The position numbers and the translations under genes were made by a program. Shown piece by piece: positions 63,173 through 64,000 of a stretch of DNA of 64,000 nucleotides; position 1 is the first letter of the stretch; every line of letters starts with the position of its first letter. This DNA comes from an uncultured bacterium (GTDB lineage: Bacteria; Verrucomicrobiota; Verrucomicrobiia; Limisphaerales; UBA8199), in the NCBI GenBank assembly GCA_963749495.1, contig CAVVMW010000006.1, forward strand, positions 864,001-928,000, written 5' to 3'. The notes beneath the pieces are model-generated. The model was not told the origin of the DNA. It saw only the letters and a program-made list of their open reading frames with translations, and did no database searches.

Positions 63173-64000
63173 ATGACCAGTGCGGAAATACGACAATCAT
63201 TCCTGGACTTTTTCAAATCCAAGGGGCACACGCTCGTGCCGTCCTCGAGCCTGATGCCCGATTCGCCGAACCTGCTTTTCACCAACGCCGGGATGAACCA
63301 GTTCGTGCCGATCTTCCTGGCCCAGCGCGCGCCGGACGTCTCGAAATGGGCGGGGGCCGTGCCCGGCCTGGACAGCCGCGCCGCCGACACGCAAAAGTGC
63401 ATCCGCGCCGGCGGCAAACACAACGACCTCGAAGACGTTGGTCTGGATACCTACCACCACACCTTCTTCGAGATGCTCGGCAACTGGTCGTTCGGCGATT
63501 ATTTCAAAAAGGAGGCCATCGCCTGGGCGTGGGAACTCGTCACCGAGGTCTGGAAGTTCCCCAAGAACCGCCTTTACGCCACGGTCTATTGCCCCGACAA
63601 GGCCAAGGGCGACCCCAGCGAGTTCGACCAGGAGGCCCACGACATCTGGGCTGAGAAATTCCGCGCCGCCGGCCTCGACCCGGCCGTCCACATCGTCCAC
63701 GGCGGCAAGAACGACAATTTCTGGATGATGGGCGACACCGGCCCGTGCGGCCCGTGCAGCGAACTCCACGTGGACCTCACCCCCCGGGGCGACACCCAGG
63801 GCCGCCTGGTCAACCAGCCCACCGCCCAGTGCATCGAGATCTGGAACCTGGTCTTCATCCAGTTCAATGCCAATCCCGACGGCACTTTCTCGCCCCTGCC
63901 GGCCCGGCACGTCGACACCGGCATGGGCTTCGAGCGCGTCACCGGCATCATCCAAAACACCAAGAACTTCACCGACTTCAGCCGCGTCATCTCCAACTAC
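63173..64000 (+). CDS. alaS: Alanine--tRNA ligase, 3' truncated by the window
   Basis: [76 protein letters not shown]. Confidence 0.96.
   Translation, partial: MTSAEIRQSFLDFFKSKGHTLVPSSSLMPDSPNLLFTNAGMNQFVPIFLAQRAPDVSKWAGAVPGLDSRAADTQKCIRAGGKHNDLEDVGLDTYHHTFFEMLGNWSFGDYFKKEAIAWAWELVTEVWKFPKNRLYATVYCPDKAKGDPSEFDQEAHDIWAEKFRAAGLDPAVHIVHGGKNDNFWMMGDTGPCGPCSELHVDLTPRGDTQGRLVNQPTAQCIEIWNLVFIQFNANPDGTFSPLPARHVDTGMGFERVTGIIQNTKNFTDFSRVISNY

Noticed and set aside
1..64000. tRNA, rRNA or riboswitch genes
   Set aside because: None recognised by eye; a covariance-model search would be needed to exclude them

Overview
High-GC bacterial chromosome segment, most likely Verrucomicrobiota (Pedosphaerales/Limisphaerales-like). 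This is inferred from prepilin/H-X9-DG, CotH/lamin-tail and FYRL-terminated secreted proteins. Many genes carry single-base frameshifts that look like long-read indel errors. Content: several large secreted proteins, a Dps-like ferritin, an MdtABC-NodT RND efflux operon, four type II toxin-antitoxin loci (three with broken toxins), a Uma2 nuclease, a decayed ~6 kb island of beta-propeller genes, a tricorn protease pseudogene, a membrane-arm-only nuoH-J-K-L-M-M-N cluster, an M23 peptidase, hisH, sodA, pfp and the start of alaS. Two IS elements have clear target duplications: a two-gene IS4 element inside a REP hairpin, and an ISL3 inside a RelE toxin gene. Intergenic DNA is dense with many REP-like families, MITE-like elements that carry REPs, and 7-, 9- and 12-bp tandem repeats. 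Four patterns stand out. (1) Each of the five inserts inside the mdt and nuo operons is spanned by an ORF or mini-ORF relay that starts on the upstream stop codon and ends at, near or in frame with the downstream start. (2) Cargo inserts are repeatedly flanked by a duplicated gene terminus. (3) One MITE shell carries different REP cargoes. (4) Five unrelated secreted proteins share a C-terminal domain that may be a sorting signal.
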